This document shows, in pieces, positions 63,182 through 64,000 of a stretch of 64,000 nucleotides of DNA. The stretch is taken from positions 6,354,201 to 6,418,200 of the forward strand of contig NC_092679.1 in the NCBI RefSeq assembly GCF_964355755.1, written 5' to 3'. Source of the stretch: Antedon mediterranea (Eukaryota; Animalia; Echinodermata). Each line of letters opens with the position of its first letter. Position 1 is the first letter of the stretch. Below the pieces are notes generated by a model, which did no database searches, was not told the origin of the DNA, and saw only the letters and a program-made list of their open reading frames with translations. Made by a program: the position numbers and the translations under genes.

Positions 63182-64000
63182 GTAAGTAAAGCCAGTGTAT
63201 AGTATAATCCATTCAAGTATATAAAGCTCTGTCTACACTATCAAACTAGTTGTTTGATATGACATCACCATGTTCATTATGTCCACATCGAATTGTGTTG
63301 TCACATAAAGTTTGATAGTGACAGAGCTTAAGTTTAGTCTTGCGCATGAATGGCTGATGTGTGTTAAGTTTCATGGACACATACAGAAGGTTCGCTCGAA
63401 ATAGGAGTGTTTCGAAAACTCAAACAATTTTACTAAATTTAACTTAAAATACGCGTAGACAGCAACAAATGAACAGACTTCATTTGGTGGCGATTTCATT
63501 TTAGTTATTTTGTGATCGAGTACTACCAACAGCAATTCCATAACTTCTCGTTTCAAACTGCAATTAAAATGTAGGTCTACCGCTTTAAGCCTTATTGTTA
63601 TTTTTATTTCTGTGTTTTATGTTTTGTTTGCTTTTGTCGGTTTTGTTTTGGCGTCCCTGACACAAGCTTTTGCTTTTTTGGTGACGCCACCATTTTGAAA
63701 GTAAAGGTTAATTTTGAATTGAATTGAACAACAAAAATAACCGAATTGCACACGCTACGCCTATAATAATTTGCATACGTAAAAAATGTTCAACCATTTA
63801 AGAAAGAAATAATACAACAATGCACATTTACAATGAACATATAGTGTTTTCAATATAAAATTTATTGACAAAAAGAGAAATCGACGTTTTTCGGTACCAT
63901 CATAGAACCATTTTCAAGATCAATTGAATTGAAATTATATAGTAAACGCCTTTTAATTCGAACATATAGGCCTAGTACATTAAACATATAATTTCTGACG

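Overview
AT-rich, intron-rich animal genomic DNA, most likely an invertebrate (possibly a deuterostome; this is inference). Three genes are visible. (1) A + strand LTBP-like (latent TGF-beta-binding protein) gene with its 5' end upstream of the window; 39 exons can be traced from 64 to the stop at 44800. Domain order: 4-Cys/EGF, hybrid, cbEGF, TB, 11 EGF, TB carrying the TGF-beta-binding-type two-residue insertion, 16 EGF, TB, EGF. (2) A single-coding-exon UPF0669/C6orf120 homolog on the - strand (48796-49299). (3) The first six coding exons of an SLC17/sialin-like MFS anion transporter (+, from 57590), continuing past the window. Introns and intergenic DNA are crowded with SINEs (5S- and tRNA-headed), LINE remnants, TTAA-flanked MITEs, a 3.9-kb TIR element, a P-element-like MITE and minisatellites. 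The most notable observations are the TGF-beta-binding TB signature with two exon-duplication EGF blocks, a minimal hammerhead-ribozyme-like motif inside a GC-AG intron, and two 21-24 bp palindromic insertions with 7-bp target duplications that look like P-element excision footprints. All calls were made by eye; family names for repeats come from recalled consensus features, not database searches.
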